Positions 23,043 to 38,487 of a stretch of 64,000 nucleotides of DNA are shown here, piece by piece. The DNA is taken from assembly GCA_964016885.1 (NCBI GenBank), contig OZ024764.1, positions 19,282,001 to 19,346,000 on the forward strand, read 5' to 3'. Numbering within the stretch: the stretch's first letter is position 1; every line of letters starts with the position of its first letter. Source of the stretch: Eledone cirrhosa. Taxonomy: Eukaryota. A model generated the notes under the pieces. It worked only from the letters and a program-made list of their open reading frames with translations. It had not been told where the DNA came from and did not search any database. A program made the translations under genes and the position numbers.

Positions 23043-26000
23043 ATCTCATAAAAGATATCAATCACCTCAGTTTCTCACATAATTCACAGTTTTAATATTT
23101 TTCTCCTCTCAATATATGGATAGTTTTCTTCTTTATGTTTATAATATTATTCTTAAAACATATTCGTCCAGATATATTTTTATCAACTTTGGTCTTTCTT
23201 TATATTTAAAGATGATACAAACTGTTTTGTAGATCTCTTCAAGTTTAATATACATATAAAATCATCTTGTACATATTCCAGACAGTGAAGAATCTAATTT
23301 TTCTGGTTTTTATTTGATTAGTTATTCCTGTAATAATGGAAATATTTCTACTCCTGTAGTTCCATCAACTATCATCTTTGTCAATATATGAAGATCTTAC
23401 AAAATCATGTGTAAATTTCTTCAGCTTTATTTTGTATCTTCTACATATTCCAGACAGCAAAGAATAGAAGTGTTATTGAGTTTACAAGAAATATTTCCCA
23501 GTATTTCTCCCATAGATTTATATAAACAAGGTTGTGTCTGTTCTGTATAACAGCTTCCTTTAGTCTTTAAATAATGGTGTTGATGAAACAACTGATATAA
23601 AAGTGTTTTATCCTTTTCATACCAGTCTTTATATTTATCTAAAAACTTTCCATTATAACTTCATGAAATTGTACAAAGTTATGTTCCAAATAGCAGCTTA
23701 ATACTGAGAAATTTAGTTATATTACTAAATCCCTTGAAAGTGTTGAGTGTTTTCAAAATTATTTGAAAATGATGGGTAGTGTCTTTCATTAGAAATGATT
23801 AATATTGAGGATATGTCTGATGTAACGTGCTCTTTAATGCCAATGTCCTCTGGTATTCTGAAATAATAAAAGAACATTATAAGATTCTCAGAAACTTGTA
23901 ATACATCAGTACAAATTTCATATAATATTTCTATATTGATAAATGGACTGTAATAAATACTAAGGCCTTCTTTGGTGAAGAATGTGCTGACTAACATAGG
24001 TTATTTATTAGTGGCAGTAGATTATACTGACTGATAAAAGTAGTTATTAGTGGCATTAGATTATACTGACTGATAAAAGTAGTTATTAGTGACATTAGAT
24101 TATACTGACTGATAAAAGTAGTTATTAGTGACATTAGATTATACTGACTGATAAAAGTAGTTATTAGTGACATTAGATTATACTGACTGATAAAAGTAGT
24201 TATTAGTGATATCAGATTAACCCTTTAGTATTCACATTACTCTATATTTACTATTATATTTTCACAGTAAATGCTTTATCTCACATAATATCAAATCTAT
24301 GAGATTTTGATGTTACTTATTTTGAGAACAATACCTTAACATAAGTATAAGTGACCAGTTACGGCCAGTTTGAACAGAAAGATGTGGGAGAATTCTGGCC
24401 AGATATGGCCAGTTTATAGAAATTAGGTGTAGAAGAATGGCTTGTGAGAAGCTGTCAGTAAAGTGTGTCTAGTGAGGAATTGAAGGTACAGGTAGGAGTT
24501 CATCATGGTTTAGTTCTTAGCCCACTGTTGTTCATCATAGTTCTCCAAGCCATAACAGAGAGGTTTAAGACTGGCTGTCTATGGAAACTTCTCTATGTAG
24601 ATGACCAGCTATAGATATAGAATTTGAAATGGTAAGTTCTGAGAATATACTTAGCCAAAACTAAAGTGGTAATGGATAGGAGAGAAGACCCTGACCCCTT
24701 CAGGAAAGTGGCCCTGCTCCATATGTAGAAAAGGAATAAGTAGAGATAACCACAATGACAGAGGTCAAAGATCTAGTTATAATAGCAGGGGACTTCAATG
24801 GTCATGTTGGACAGCTCCAGGATGGATACACTGGGGTACATGGTGGTCATGGTTATGGCTCAAGAAATGAAGAAGGAATGAGGCTTCTTGTATTTTGTGA
24901 TGTAAGTGAACTAACCATTTGCAACACTTCAAGAAACCTACCAACCACCTAATAACCTACCAATCAGGTGAGCACATGAGACAGATTTACTTCTTGCTAG
25001 TTAGGGAGTAAGACAGATAGATGGTGTCAAATACTAAGGCATACCCCAGGGAACAATGTAACCCCCCAACATAGGTTAGTCGTTAGTGACATCTCAGTAA
25101 GCAAGAGACAAAGAGAGACATACAAGAAGGTGTGAAAAAGGAAGGTCTAGAAATTAAAAGACCTTTCACTAAAATATAAATTTAGGCGCGCCCTTCAAGA
25201 TGTGTATGATGAAAAAGAAGACGTTTTAGCGTCGTATGACATAGATGACAACTGGAATTTCTTACGTGACAGTAGACCCGACAGAAGGACCAGCTATTGA
25301 GATTGACGACTATAGGGTCCAAGAGGTAATTAAGGAAAGGAAAAATTGAGGTCTGCTGGACTGTTGGGGATAGTTGCTGAGATGCTAAAGGCATCAGGGG
25401 ATGTAGGAAGTAAACTGGTTGCATGCATCATTAATCAAGCTATATATGGTGGTGTCATACCCAAAGACTGGTGCAGCAGTATTCTCATAAATTGAGGTAA
25501 AGGTAAAGGGGATGTTCTGGAGAGGAGTAATTATATGGGCATAAAACTGATGGATCAGGTTATGAAAGTGACAGAAAGAATACTAGCGCAACTTAGAGAA
25601 AGGGTCAAACAGATGCCCTCTTCTTAGTGAGACAACTACTAGAGAGGTTCTTAGAGAAGAATAAACTACTATACTTAGCTTTTGTTCACCTAGAAAAGGC
25701 CTTTGATAGAGTACCCCAATCTGTCATCTGGTGGTCCCTAAGGAAACTAGGTGTAGAGGAATAGTTTGTGAGGACAATGCAAGCTATGTACAGAGGTGGT
25801 GTCAGTAAAGTGAGGGTAGGAATGGAGTTTAATAAGGAATTCCAGATACAAGTAGGAGTACATCAGGGTCGGTCCTCAGCCCGCCCTTGTTCATTATAGA
25901 CCTCCAAGCCATAAAAGAGGAGTTTAAGACTGGCTGCCCATGGGAACTTCTCTAGGCTGACGATGTGGTTCTTATAGCAGAATCAGTAGAGGAGCTAGAG

Positions 26001-29000
26001 CATAAATTCTGGCTATGGAAACAGCAGTTGGAAGCAAGAGGACTGAGAGTGAACCTAGCTAAGACAAAAGTGTTGATGAGTAGAAAAGAGGACAAAACTC
26101 TCATTCCATCAGGGAAATGGCCTTTTTCAATATGTAGAAAAGGAACTGGCATAAATTCTATAATGTACACAATGCAGATTTTGGGTACACAAGAAATGTA
26201 GTGGGATAGCAGGCAAACTAACAGGTAGGGAAAACTACATATGCAGTAGAGGTACAGGGAAATTTGACAGTAGAAGTCACATTGATAGACACATTTTTCA
26301 AATGCAGATAGGTTCTATAGAAGTGGTTGATAGCTTCCGGTATCTAGGTGATCAAATTAGCATGGGAGGAGGGTGCTCAGAGGCCATAGTATCTAGAATA
26401 AGGACGGGTTGGAAGACGTTTAGGGAGCTGCTTGCTCTGTTGACAAAGAAGGGTTTCTCCCTAAGAACGAATGGCTGATGATGCCTGCGTGAGATGTGTG
26501 ATGCTGCACGGTAGTGAGACATGGACAGTAACTGTGGAGGATATGCGATGGCTGGAGAGAAATGAAACAAGTATGCTCCGTTGGATGTGCAATGTCAATG
26601 TGCATCAACGACCAAGCATAGATGAGTTGAGAGAGAATGCACAACATGGCCATACCAGTGCATGTGTCTCCTGTGAAACACATCCTTGAGGTTGTCGATC
26701 AGCAGTTTTTTTAGGAGCTCAGTTGAGCTGACATCATCCTCAATGGTCACACTACACATCCAGTGGATCATAGCTCTGTCATTTCTTCAGAGTCAATTCA
26801 GACAGTCAGATAACATGGCCCAGGTCTCGCTGGCATGAAACAACACACTTCTCCCACAGGTGTTATAAATCTGCCCCATGGTGTCTAATGGTAGCCAGCA
26901 TGTCTTGAGGATTAGGAGAAGCTGCCTAAACTTGTTACCTGTGGAGTGGCACAGCACAATGGCAGTGAACTTGGCTCCACTTCCAGCTGACATCTCACAC
27001 AGGTAGCAGAAAGATGTCACCACATCCAGCTTGTCCTCACCAACAGGCCTCTAGTTATAAAGGTTATCATTGACCAACACTGACACCCCTCAGGGTAGAC
27101 TGAACCAACACTTACACCCCCAGGGGTGGACTGAACCAACACTAACACCCCCCAGGGTGGACTGAACCAACACTAACATCCCCCAGGGTGTACTGAACGA
27201 ACACTAACACCCCCCAGAGTGGACTGAACCAACACTAACACCCCCCAGAGTGGACTGAACCAACACTAACACCCCCAGAGTGGACTGATCCAACACTAAC
27301 ATCCCCCAGGGTAGACTGAACCAACACTTACACACCCCAGCGTGGACTGAACCAACATTTACCACAGGTCTATAAATAACTGTATTACCCTATCATGATA
27401 CTATAACATTATAAACCTAAAACTCTGTGATTGTGTCTTGTCTGTAATGTAATACAGCTAAAACGGGGCATAACGGGAAAATAGTTTGAAAGGAAGTTGA
27501 CCCTGAAATGGGAATACAAATGGGATAAAATAAGTTTCACGTAAATCAGAGCACAGGTTCCCGAGATATGGGTTTTTTCTGGTACCTTTATAAATAGAGA
27601 GAGAAAGATAATGGGGGTGTGTGAGAGAGATAGCTGGTGATGCTGTTGAACAAAGTTATAAAATTAGAACAAGTGACTTGTGTGTGTCTGTGACAGACAT
27701 TCATATATATATATATATATACTACTAATTTCATTTTAGATTATAGACATGTCTGTGTATATTTTAATTATTTAAAAATTATTTTTAAAGGGAACGTGAC
27801 CCAACGGGTCACAGGTGTTCTAGTAAGATTATAAATACAAACACACATAAGATAGAATCTACTCAAACCTTAATATCTCAGACCCCAGTAGATTACTGGA
27901 ACTTTAATTTATCCACTCCGTTAGAATGAAAGACAAAGTTAACTTTGGTGGGATTTGAACTCATAACATAAAGGGTTGAAATCCCGCCGAGGTTAGCTTT
28001 GCCCTTCATCTTTACGGGGTTGATTTAAGATCTTATAATAGTTTCTGATTAAGACACAAGATCGACAATGTTTCGGGGGGGGGGGGGGAATAAGTTGATT
28101 AAATCAAACACGGTTACTGTGAGATCACTTCTTTGATAGTTTGTTTAAAAATAACTGATTCACAATTTACGTATGAAAAGTTGACAAAGATTTACAAATG
28201 GTGTTATCAATAAATAGGGCCTTCAAAGTAGCAGGAAACGACTAGATTTGTAGATGAAGAAGTGGGAGACAGGATTATCAGAGTTCAGAAGAGCTACACA
28301 CTTCTTCAGTTGGCTGGGAAATGATTATCTTTCCTTAATTTTATTTCTCGACCTCTTAGATGTTTGCAATCGACTTTTCTTCCTGAAAACGGAAACCCTA
28401 ACCCTAATACTGGGGAATAAAACGTCTATTGCAAGTATCGAAGGGGTCCAGAGAAAATATTGAAAAGGGGCCTAGAAAAAAATCTAAGAAAAATAATTTC
28501 CCACCCAACGTGAGGTGTGAGTAGATCTGTGAAACTACATCTCTTCGTATACTTTCACCCTACTTTTTCTACAAATCTAGTCGTTTCCGTGAGGGTACCT
28601 GGTTATTTCAGCCCCTTAGACTCACCTTACTGAGGTGTTAGGTGATATCCGTAAGGGTACCTGGTTATCTCAGCACCTTAGCCTCACCTTACCGAGGTGT
28701 CAGGTGATACCCGTGAGGGTTCCTGGTTATTTCAACACCTTAGTAATGCTGCCAGTGTGTTGGCTTGCCTCAAAGTGTGTAGTTAACCCCTAAGGTGTGA
28801 GGTGTGGCCTATTATCACACCTGGTGGTCAATTGCCATCTCCCACTGTGTTTTTCTTTCCTTTATCATTATTGTTCAATAAATTATATTATTATACACAG
28901 TTTAGACAATATATTTTTAATGTCTTTCTCAAGGAATTGCCAGCAATTTATAATGTTATTTACACACGTTATTTATGTATATATTTAAAACATATTTACA

Positions 29001-29271
29001 ACGTTATTCTACTGTAAATTTATACAATTGTAATAAAATATATTAATTATATCATCACATAATATAAAAACGACCTTTAGAATATTTAAATATTTAGTTT
29101 TGTTAATTTATTTTTCAGCAACAACAAAAGTTTTCACTTTAATTAATTAGAGGTAGGTAAAATATAGATAATTACGATAACATTTTATATTTCCAGTAAT
29201 GAAACAAACAAGAAAATATATATTTGTGATGTGAAAAGTGAGCTTAAATCTACAATATTAATAGACATAAT

Positions 29272-29403
29272 ACTTACATTATAGTCTCAGGTGTTTAGTA
29301 TTTACAGAAATGTTTTCTAAATGATGTTGGAGGAAGACTAACACGTGGACAGGAAGTCGACAACTGCACCACTGCGCATGCTTCAATGTTTTTTTTGTGA
29401 CGT
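29272..29403 (-). promoter_or_regulatory. Putative promoter/exon 1 of ZNF gene 2
   Basis: Identical to 14234-14365. Confidence 0.58.
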
Positions 29404-31676
29404 AAATATTTTTACCGAATTAAATTATGTAAAGTTTCTAATAATAAAAATGAAAGTTGAAATCAGTAAATGTAATTAAAATAGAACAGCTAAGTACTCT
29501 TACAGAGATCACCGGGTACTTCGGTAAGATCGGGTCATATGGGGGCTAAGTTGCCAGAACAACTAAGTACCCTGACAGAGATCACCGGGTATCTCGGTAA
29601 GATCGGGGTCATATGGAGGCTAAGCTACCAGAACAGCTAAGTACCTTGACTGAGATCACCGGGTATCTCGGTAAAATCATGTCATGTGGAGGCTAAACCG
29701 CCAGAACAGCTAAGTACACTGACAGAGATCACCGGGTATCTCGGTAAAATCATGTCATGTGGAGGCTAAACCGCCAGAACAGCTAAGTACACTGACAGAG
29801 ATCACCGGGTATCTCAGTAAAATCATGTCATGTGGAGGCTAAACCACCCAAACAGCTAAGTACCCTCACAAGAGTCATCGGGTACTTCGGTAAAGCCAGC
29901 TGCCAACAGTGACAACAACATCGTTGTCAGCAGCCCAGCTTCTCAAACATCACAGACTGGAATAAATACTTTGCCGATAATTACTGGTAGTTTAGCTTTT
30001 ATTTCGTTCGTCTACGGAAGCAGTGACCCTCACTTTTACTACAGCATGTAGGATGTGGGAGGGAGACAAAAACATCACTAATGTGACAATTAGTTTTGAA
30101 AATACATATACAAGATACAAGATAAATGACTAGACTGAAATATATTTGATAGGGAATAAAGAGTAGAATATTCTAGTCTGTGGTGTTGGAGAAGTTTGGA
30201 GGAGATAGGTCCCTGACAACGAGGTTCTTGTTATCGTTGGCAGCTCTCCTTACCGAGGTGTCAGGTGATACATATGAGGGTGTTTGGTAGTTCCAACATC
30301 TTAGCCTTGCTATCACTCGAGGTAAGACTGTCTCAGAAAGTATTAGAGGGAGACTCCAGCACCCCATGTGATGTGAGACTGATTGACAGAGTGTTGACTT
30401 AATATTTTCATTTGTTGTGATTCTATGTGAAATATATCTCTATGTAAGTAACTTGGTTACGTGAATCATTGTGAATCTCGTAAATACTTAAACAGAAATC
30501 TACTTAGGACACAAAATAAAGCAGGTTCCATTGAACAAAGTATTTAAAGGACGTATATCAAAAAGAAGGGTGGATGTAACGAGAGTTGTCTCCCCTTACA
30601 TATGTAATACAGTAGCGTATGTTTGTGTGTTTCTCTCTCTATATATATTTTTTATGATCGACATTTCGTCAAATCGGACCGAGGAAACAATGTTTCCATT
30701 GGTCTTTCCAATTGCTAATACTATCTATCGGTTGCAACTCTAGGTAGAAGGAGCAACGTGAAATAAAATGTCTTGCTCAAGGATATAACGCATCGCCTAG
30801 TCTGAGAATCGAACTCACAACCTCACAATTCCGAATCCAATTCTCTAACCACTCAGCCACACGCCTTCATATATATATATATGAAAAAGATATCGTTTTT
30901 TTACAAAAACATTATAAAATAATAGAAGGTGAAGTTAAAACAGCTCAACATACAGTAATTTATTATAATAAACACTACAAAAGACTGTCTCATACTTCTT
31001 TGAAAGATGTTTTCAAACAAACACGTGTACAAAATCCTATTGTGTTAAAAGTAATAATTACGTATGAAACAAATTATTCATTAAAGTAATTAGCAAATAC
31101 GTTTTTATATATGGTGTCTAGCAGAGGGACCCACTCGCCTCACTCCTATTGGTGGTGACAGTTGACAACATGGTCTAGTCACCCCTGTCTAGTACCTAGA
31201 TGACACAACCCTGGGTGGCCCGGCTGAGACAGGTTAAGGCATCTCTATACCCCAGTATATTACAGTCCAACATAACTGGGATGACATCAATTGTAGGTCT
31301 CTTCACACCGGTCACCATTGAGACCTCAGAAGTACTTGGACCCCGTACTGCCAAGCTCCTCTGTAAGATCAGAACGTTGGTGGCCCTTCTGAAGAGGGAG
31401 CCCCATGAGGTTGGGGTGGCTGTTGCAGTGGGTGTCACTGTCCATCGTCCGGGGCGAATACTTTTGCAGTCTTATCCACAGGGCGCAGCACTTCTGCCCC
31501 TTGACCTAGACCCAAAGCTCAATTATTTGCTTGTTGCTGTGAGGACTTTCGTATTTAGTTCTTTTATGACTCTTCTTTGAAATGTAGTCTTTGTCTCATG
31601 TGGTGACCTCCTGGTAGTTAATGTAGCAGAACACACTGAAGGACATGCTGCCTTCCCTAGTGTTGGTAACCTACAT

Positions 31677-33705
31677 CAGACATGTCAAACATGCGGCCCT
31701 TTGCAAGGAAAGCTGCGGCGCACACAAAGGTTTTTACAGTGCCACCATGTTTCATTTTCGTAATATAAAATTTAAAAATTATTTCGATACAAATGTTTTT
31801 TTTGTGCAATTTTTGTCAACTATTTTTAATTTCCATTAATCACGTGCAGCTCATTAACAGAAAACTTTCTTTCAAAATTTCAAAAGTTTTTGTTTTTGAA
31901 ATGGTTAGTGCTCCTCCAGCTAAGAGAAAAAGGAAATTGAATGAAGAAGGGCAAGTGTTTCAAGAAAAGTGAGAATTACAGTATTTTTGCTCAATGCTGA
32001 ACAGAAAGATACACTGTTTAATTTGCAACAACTACATCGCCACGCCAAAAGAGTACAATTTAAAAAGACATTATGAAACAAACCCTCGATCTTACGATAA
32101 ATATGAAGCCCCAATGTGTGTTTCAAGACTCAAGGAATTGAAGTCTAACTTGACACAGGAATAGACCTGTTTTATGTTAATTCAGGAAGAGAATGTCACT
32201 TCCGTTACTGCAAGCTATGAACTCAGTCGAATGATTGCCATGAGTGGGAAATCTTACAGTGAAGGAGATTTTGTAAAGCAATGTCTTGTAAAAACAGCTG
32301 AAATTGTCCAGAGAAAGCAGAGTTATTCAAAGACATTTCATTAACCAGGAACACTGTTGCTGAACAGATTAATGAAATGTCAGGTGATCTGAAACAACAG
32401 TTAAAGGCTGTATCATCAAGGTTTGAACATGTTTCTATTGCTATTGATGAGACTGTTGACATCACTGGAATAGTACAGCTTGCATTCTTCATCAGGGCCT
32501 GTGACAGTGAATTTAATATTTATGAAGAACTGATTGAACTGGTCCCCAAACATGACACTATAACAAGCCAGGACATCTTTGAGAAGGTCAAGCAGGGTCT
32601 GCATGGTTTTGATCTGAGTAAACTTGCATGTTTATCTACTGACAGTGCTGCAAATATGGTTGGTAGACATAATGGTGTTGCTGCCAAGTTACAAACAAAA
32701 ATAGAAAACTCATATCTAGATTCATCATTTGCACATTTTCACTGTATTATTCATCAGCAAAATTTATGTTCAAAGATTTTAAAATTGCATCATGTGCTTA
32801 GCTTGGTCACAAAGACAGTGAACTAAATCAGAGGCCTGCTCTCAACCACCGTCAGTTCAGCCAGTTGTTGGAAGATATGGATAATCAGTTCACCGATGTT
32901 CCATTCTACACAGAAGTCTGTTGGTTGACATGTCACAAAGTGCTGAAAAGATTCTATTTGTTGAAATAATTATGTTTTTGGAGATGAAAGGTCAAAACAC
33001 AGATGAAATAAAAGATGAAAGTTGGCTCCAACATCTGGCTTTTGTTGTGGATATTACTGCACAATTAACTGATCTTAATTTGAAATTACAAGGTAAAAAC
33101 AAACCCATCACTCAGTTGTATGATGACATCAAGTTCTTCATTAGAAAACTTAGCTTATGGAAGTCTCCGTTGTCAGATGAAAATTTAATTCATTTTCTTA
33201 TGTGCAAAGAGCTGAAAATCACTGCCCATACTGAGTCTGTACTTTGCTTAACAAAAACTTCTCAGAGAACAAGGTTGACAGATCAACACATGTCATTTCT
33301 GATTAAAGTTGGAACTGTACAGACATTTCAGCCAGACATACCAAACATTGTTAACAGAAAGAAGTGTCAAGCCTCAGGACAAAACACTAAAAATGGTTGA
33401 ATGGTAGCAAATAAATGTTCAGTTTTGAACTGTTGTTATTTGTGTACAATGTATTTGTTGCTGTAAACAATCTGCAAGTATATGTTGACATGTTAAATTT
33501 TAGTTTTTTATCAAACTACTTCATTACTTTGTATTCATGAATGCTGCTAAAACATTTGTATGTACATTGTATGTTTCTAAATTTAAGTAACAAATCTTTC
33601 TGCAATATATTTTATTAAATGACTTTAATTAGTTGCAGTGTGCAACCCTCAGACAACACATGTGACCTATGTGGACCTTGGGGAACCCTCAGTTTTTTAT
33701 GCCTC
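31677..33705 (+). mobile_element. hAT transposon fossil, longest copy (~2.0 kb), with stops and frameshifts
   Basis: TIRs, ACCTACAT TSD, extra C-terminal transposase segment (WLQHLAFVVDITAQLTDLNLKLQGK; RTRLTDQH). Confidence 0.9.
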
Positions 33706-33989
33706 ACCTACATGATAAACACACCCAACACAGGCTGTAATGTGGTTGGTCATGTGAAGGACATCTAGCCATAGAAAGCTTGCCCGACAATAGTGTCGGA
33801 GAACCCTTCAATCATGACAAAGACATGACAACCTTTTCTGTGCACTCAGTAGCAAATGAGACCTTATGTAAATAAGTCTCAGATCCTTGGTCTGTCTGGG
33901 AGATCAGTAGCCTCACTTCAGTACTTACTTGGTTGAAGTAGACTCATTAAACCCTTGCTAGCAGGGAAATCTGATGTTGATTATGTAAC

Positions 33990-34530
33990 CTCAACCTCTT
34001 CTTATTAACCCACTTATTCCAGAAAGGGTCTTGGGGGCAGAGTCCTCAAACACTCCCTCCAACAGGTCCTGTCAGAAGCAACCCACTCCAACTGATCTGG
34101 CTGGATCTCCCAGAGAGACCAGCCAAGCTCATGGATGTTATGTGACCATCTTGCTCAGGTCTACCCCTGGGTCTCCTGCCGGTTAGTTTTGCCTGTAAAA
34201 TCTATCCAGTGATTCTTTCCTCAGACATTCTAACCACATGGCCATAGTATTGCAGCTGTGATCTCTCAATTAGGAGAAGTAACAGCTCCACCTGGAGTGA
34301 CTCTCTGATCTCAGAGCTATGCACTTTATTGAGAAACGTTCCTTCAAAGATCCTGCAGAGGAATCCCATATCTGCCATTTGTATTCCCAATCATATTCTT
34401 TTGGTCATTACCCAAGATATGTGACCATAGGTAAGGGTTGGCACAAAAACCTAATTGAAGACAGCAAGTTCGGCTTTTATACCTACCTCCCTTCTTCTGA
34501 TTACTGAATGTTGGAGCTGGTGCATTACTG
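33990..34530 (-). mobile_element. LINE (RTE-like) ORF C-terminal fragment (deleted versions 3150-3500, 18189-18539)
   Basis: SSEIRESLQVELLLLLIERSQLQYYGHVVRM motif. Confidence 0.7.
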
Positions 34531-35507
34531 ATATTTCACTGCCCACACTGCAAAGTGGTTGGGTAGGAGATATGACAAAAAGCACCCAACCCACACTGTA
34601 GAGAACACACAGTCAACATTATAAGGTGGTCATGTAGGCGATATGACAAAAAGAAACTAGCCTACACTGTAAAGAACACACAGCCAACACTATAAGCTGG
34701 TCATGTAGGTGATATAACAAAAAGAAACCAGCCCACACTGTAAAGCGGTTACGTAGGTGTCACGGCAAAAAGGACCCAGCCCAAACTGTAAAGTGGTCAT
34801 GTAGGTGTCACGACAAAAAGCACCCAGTACTTAATGTAAATAAGCTTGGTTCTAGGAAGGTCATCCAGCTGTAGAAACCAAACCAAAATTTGTTCTGTAG
34901 GAGCAACACGTGGTCACCTGACCTGGCATTGCTTACAACAGGATAACTCGTCTAACCCATGCCAGGGTGGAAAAAATGATGTAAAACAGTGATGATGATA
35001 TAACATTTGTTTAATAATGAATTCCAATCTCATTGTTAACAGCTATAGATGTCAGGATGTGAACCTTCTTACTGAAATATCTTCTCCATGTTAGTGGCTG
35101 AAGAAGATTTAGAAAACTTTCACACAATAACAGTATTCCCTAACTTCTCCCCTAAAAAATACAAGACAAGCAGGGCCAGACTTTTACCTACTGAAGCCCT
35201 AAGCTATATGAAATTAGAGGTTCTTCTCTAAAAATATATAATTATCTTTTATATTAATGTTAATGATAAAGAATAAATAATATAATAAATATACCACCAT
35301 AGGTACTGAGGTGGCTAGCTGCTGGTGTGAGCCTCACGAGATGGAATGGCTCTTCCAGCACATCTAGAACAACATGACCCTCTAATATCTAGTAGTTAGT
35401 AACAAACTAGACCACCCGCGACCTGTTGGGTCACGTTCCTTTAACACTATTTTAAAAGTCATTTAAAATAATTTTTAAATAGTTAAAATATACACATACG
35501 TATATAT

Positions 35508-35815
35508 ATCATCATCATCATCATCACCGTTTTACGTCCGTTCTTCCACGCTAGCATGGGTTAGACGGGTCGTCCTGTTGTGGGCATCGTCTGGTCGGCT
35601 GACCATGCCTTGCTCATACAGGAACTGATTTGGCTCGATTTCTACAGCTGGATGCCCTTCCTAACACCAACCTCATTTACAGTGAGTGCTGGGTGCTTTT
35701 TCGTGGCGCCTACATGTCCACTTTACAGTGTGGGGTCGTTGCTTTTTTGCCGTGGCACCTCCACGACCACCTTGCAGTGGGAGGTGTGGGGGCATATTGT
35801 CTATATGCTTCATAC
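35508..35815 (-). mobile_element. RTE 3'UTR/SINE-like insertion with (GAT)n tail nested in the Helitron of unit 3
   Basis: Reverse-complement match to 37755-38017; absent from paralogous Helitrons. Confidence 0.75.
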
Positions 35816-35822
35816 GTATATC

Positions 35823-35855
<33 letters not shown>

Positions 35856-37648
35856 ATTTTATTTAACACCACCAGCGCCCACTCTCTCACCACCACTGTC
35901 TCGCTCTCTCCCTATATTTATGAAGGTACCCAGAAAACCCCCGTATCTTGGGAACCTGTGCTCCAATTTATACAAAACTTGTTTTATTCCTTTCAAAGTA
36001 TTTCCCCATTATGCACTGTTTTAGCTGTATTAAATTACAGACAAGACACAATCACAGAGTTTTAGTAGTATATAGATAATATAGCTTCAAATTAAAGTTA
36101 GTAAACGACAGTTTGGAGAAATCTGTAACATTTATTAAACATTCCTCAAGTTTGTCAATTCTATAGCACAATAGTTTGTTAAAGTGTTTAGTTAGATATT
36201 CTACATATAAAGAAGAGAGAATACTTTACCACAAATATTACAGTGGTATAATGATTTTCCCATCTCTACTGAAAAATATTCCTATGTTGATGTAAATATT
36301 TCTATTGTTCATAATTTTACCAAATGTGATCTTTGTCAATATCCAAATATTTTGAAAACTCCTTTGTAAATATCCAAAGTTTAATCAGAATGTAAAATCA
36401 TCTTGTAAATATTCCAGACAGTGAAAAAGGAAAATGTTGTTATTTATCTCAATTCAGAAGAAATATTTCACCATAATTCACCACAGACTAAACAAGTTTA
36501 TATCACTTGAATGTAACATCTTTCTGTTGTCTTTAAAAGACTCTTTTCTGTCAAGGTCATGTGATATTCTGAAATAGTAGAGAAACATTATTAAGATATT
36601 TAGAAAATAGATATACAACAGTGAAAACTTTACTACATCTCTATATTAATAGATATAAACCTTACATGGTGACACAAACACTGCAACACTAACTTACAGG
36701 AAAACATCTAGTTACTTGATCTAGTTACTTCAATCAGGTGAAGAGATAAACTAGATTGATTTCATTCTCATCTGAAAACAGGATAGACAGATGGTTGGGA
36801 ATATTAACTCCTTTACTGGAGAAGGACGTACCACTCAACATAGACTAGATACTAGGTGTAAGATCTAGAGGGACTGACAGATACAAGACTATCTGGAGAT
36901 AGAAGGGTTGGAGAGGTGGTATAAGACAACCTAGAGAAAGAGGTAGGGACAGTAAAACATCTCCCTCTTTAATATAAAATCTAGAGGGACTGTGAGAGGG
37001 GTACAAGACAACCTAGAGAAACGGGTAGGGATAGTAAAAGATCTCCCTGTTAAATATAAAATCTAGAGGGACTGTGAGAGAGGTACAAGACAACCTAAAT
37101 AAAGGGTAGGGATAGTAAAAGATCTCCCTGTTAAATATAAAATCTAGGACTGTGAGAGAGGTACAAGACAACCTAGAGGAAAGGGTAGGGATAGTAAAAT
37201 ATCTCCCTGTTAAATATAAGATCTAGAGGGACTGTGAGAGAGGTACAAGACAACCTAGAGAAAAGGGTAGGGATAGTAAAATATCTCCCTGTTAAATATA
37301 AGATCTAGAGGGACTGTGAGAGAGGTACAAGACAACCTAGAGAAAAGGGTAGGGATAGTAAAATATCTCCCTGTTAAATATAAGATCTAGAGGGACTGTG
37401 AGAGAGGTACAAGACAATCTAACAAAAGGGGGTAAGGACAGTAAAAGATCTCCCTGTTAAATATAAATTCAGAGATGTTCTACATGATACATATGATAAG
37501 GAGGAGGAGATTGATAGCTATGACATAGAAGATATCTGGAAGTTTCTTTCAGACGGCCTGTTGTGAACCACTGATGAGATCTGTAGTTGATGTAAGCTGC
37601 CAGCCAGATGAATGTTGCCTTGGTGATGGAATAGTACAGTAGATAGAA

Positions 37649-38017
37649 GCCGACCTTACCCAATTACACCTCTCAAAGGCAATGACACACGACCGTGACC
37701 TCTGGCGTCACGCAGTAATACAGAGTACCCGACCTCCCATGGGTACAAGCTGAAGCATATAGACAATAAGCCCCCACCGCAAAAAAGCACCCAGCTCACA
37801 CTGTAAAGTGGACGTGTAGGCGCCACAAAAAAGCACCCAGCACTCACTGTAAATGAGGTTGGTGTTAGGAAGGACATCCAGCTGTAGAAATCAAGCCAAA
37901 TCAGTTCCTGTATGAGCAAGGCATGGCCAGCCAAACAGACACTGCCCACAACAGGACAATCCGTCTAACCAATGCTAGCGTGAAAGAACGGACGTAAAAC
38001 GGTGATGATGATGATGA
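37649..38017 (+). mobile_element. 5'-truncated RTE LINE 3' end with (GAT)n tail (truncated at 6270-6414 and 21309-21453; empty site at ~54177)
   Basis: Encodes ..MTHDRDLWRHAV..*, then 3'UTR ending GGACGTAAAACGGTGATGATGATGATG. Confidence 0.78.
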
Positions 38018-38487
38018 AAGTTGAAATCTAAAACAACTGAAGAGACAGGAGGGGAACAACAATATCAAATAGTTAAAATGGAAGCTAGATATTAGGCTTA
38101 CAAATTATTGATTTCTGTTGTTATTGTTAAAATCTGTTTAATCTGTGATATGTGAGACAATGTACAGGACAATAGAATTAATATCAATGTCTGACTAGCA
38201 ACAACAAAAGTTTTCATTTTATTGGCAGGTTTAAATTACAGAAGTTCCCAAACCTTTACTAAAAATACAAATATATATCTTACCTGTTAAAGTATAATAA
38301 ATCAAAGTTTAATGTGAAAAACTTCAATTTACACAAAATCTTCAAACACTACTTCAAAAATGGAAACCTGGTGTTTATGATCCCTGTCATAGGTAAAACC
38401 TACAAGGTTAACCCCAGTTTTAGCCAGGATGATGGATCTACACAATTGTTGTTGTAGTATGATGTAATGAGTTTGATATTGATACAG

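Larger units (their letters stand above)
17621..32836. repeat. Segmental duplication, copy 2
   Basis: ORF track and sequence repeat at offset 15039/15038, then 15111 after the extra 73-bp unit. Confidence 0.93.
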
